A stretch of 63,599 bases of DNA, counting the filler, from Octopus bimaculoides (taxonomy: Eukaryota), in assembly GCF_001194135.2 (NCBI RefSeq). It is 4 parts of 4 records of this genome, joined end to end, with 100 filler letters (N's around TTAATTAATTAA, not from the genome) between each part and the next. Parts side by side here need not be neighbours in the genome. Positions count along the whole stretch, not along the records: positions 62,092 to 63,599 come from NC_068988.1; 3 more parts are not named here. One strand, 5' to 3'. The translations under genes were made by a program, and so were the position numbers. Each line of letters opens with the position of its first letter. The stretch's first letter is position 1. The notes under the pieces are model-generated. The model was not told the DNA's origin. It worked only from the letters and a program-made list of their open reading frames with translations, and made no database searches. Positions 62,253 through 63,599 of this stretch are shown here, piece after piece.

Positions 62253-62648
62253 AAGATAAAAAAGTATTTTAACTATTCTCAGTGCATTTTCAACTTCTAT
62301 TTGTCTGATATAGATGCGTGTGTGTGTGTGTGTGTGTAGTAGTAGTAGTAGTAGTAGTAGCTTTCTAATGGATACGGCCTTTGATTGCTTATGAGCTGCC
62401 AAGCGAAGATAATGAAATGTGGATCTTGCCACAACTGTTATATATAAGTCACTTCTCAGTTAAATACAATGCATAATAGCTTTGAATGTGTGGATGAAAT
62501 GGGATGGTGGTTTTGCTACTGTTCAAAGGATTGTCCTTTTAGAGAGAATGGAATTTGATTTGTTTGTACTGTTTATATATATATATCGTTTGTAGAAAAC
62601 ATAAATCCAGATAAGAGGCACACTCTAAGATATAGAGCAGTATATATT

Positions 62649-62780
62649 AAAGGTGGGGGAGACCGGCTTATGGGAATACCCTGAGTTTCGCGTCCATAAA
62701 GCTTTATGGCGTATTGTCATAAAGCTAAACCATTTATGGATGGGAAACCCAGGATAATCCCATAAACCGGCCGCCGCCAC

Positions 62781-62784
<4 letters not shown>
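62649..62784. mobile_element. Palindromic MITE, possibly Kolobok-like
   Basis: AAAGGTGG..CCGG.TTATGGGA.TA.CCTG.GTTTC arms. TTAA on the left and TTTA on the right. Confidence 0.65.
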
Positions 62785-62832
<48 letters not shown>

Positions 62833-63296
62833 TATATAGGCACGAATTTCGTTCCGGCATGTGACAAATGGGTATACGTTTTTAACAAATCCCAAGATGG
62901 GCAAAACGCGTCTAACGTCCCTATGACTACCTGCTGCCATAAGGCTTGTTTCGCTTCGATGTATATTTTGTTTGTAACATAACGTGTCTATGTAGAGATT
63001 TTTCCCACAGACAAAACCACGTCGGCAAGCTTTCCTGTGACACGCAGATGGTTTTGGTGCACCAGCATGACCGCAGCCACTTGGCTGAAACACATAAATA
63101 AATAATATATATATATATATATANNNNNNNNNNNNNNNNNNNNNCAGAGATGAAAAGTACGATATTGATTATGTCTATATGTATTTTAATTTTGTATATT
63201 TTTATCTGCTTTCATATTTACGTTCAACGTTGTGTGCACGCGTGTGTATGTATGTATGTATGTATGTATGTGTGTGGGTGTTTGTGTGTGTGTATG

Positions 63297-63349
<53 letters not shown>

Positions 63350-63565
63350 AACATGAAATAATTTTCAATGCTTCAGGCAAGGTTTCTGAAGGTATGCATG
63401 TGAGAATGAAATCAATATTTAAATTGGACAATATAAGGTATTGAGATATTACTAGTGGTATCGACTTTCATGGTAAATTATATCCTTTGATAAATTATTA
63501 TATTCTAGAGGCTAACTGTTGGTATCAGCACAGTGATAGGGATTAGCATATATATATATATGTGT

Positions 63566-63596
<31 letters not shown>

Positions 63597-63599
63597 CGT

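Noticed and set aside
1-63599. CRISPR arrays, operons, rRNA genes or prokaryotic systems
   Set aside because: There is no repeat-spacer periodicity or rRNA-like sequence; the DNA is intron-rich and eukaryotic.

Overview
AT-rich animal genomic DNA full of SINEs and microsatellites. By inference from the repeat families it is Octopus (probably O. bimaculoides). It comes from a gapped assembly with three artificial 44N-TTAATTAATTAA-44N joins. Almost none of the supplied ORFs are genes; the genes are split into short exons found by splice-site and phase analysis. (1) Gene A is a + strand multi-exon gene (about 3.7 to 38.6 kb, possibly to 43.0 kb) for an uncharacterised protein with repeated degenerate EF-hand-like units, loosely of C1orf87/EFCAB6 type. 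(2) The terminal ricin-lectin exon of a GALNT10/pgant6-like gene lies on the - strand (25875-26039) inside an intron of gene A; no other GALNT exon is visible, which implies overlapping or nested genes. (3) The first nine coding exons of the meiotic cohesin REC8 lie on the + strand (46888-59963). The rest is mobile DNA: tRNA-derived SINEs, decayed R4/Dong-, Tx1/L1- and CR1-type LINEs, a MULE remnant, two solo LTRs with 4-bp TSDs, and many MITEs. The most unusual signals are two long palindromes whose arms carry type-I hammerhead-ribozyme motifs (5118-5586 and 46417-46629, probably Penelope-like-element derived), a ~320-bp inverted repeat in REC8 intron 3, competing donors in REC8 exon 8, and a CpG-depletion footprint that follows gene bodies. 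Everything was read by eye; no searches or folding programs were run.
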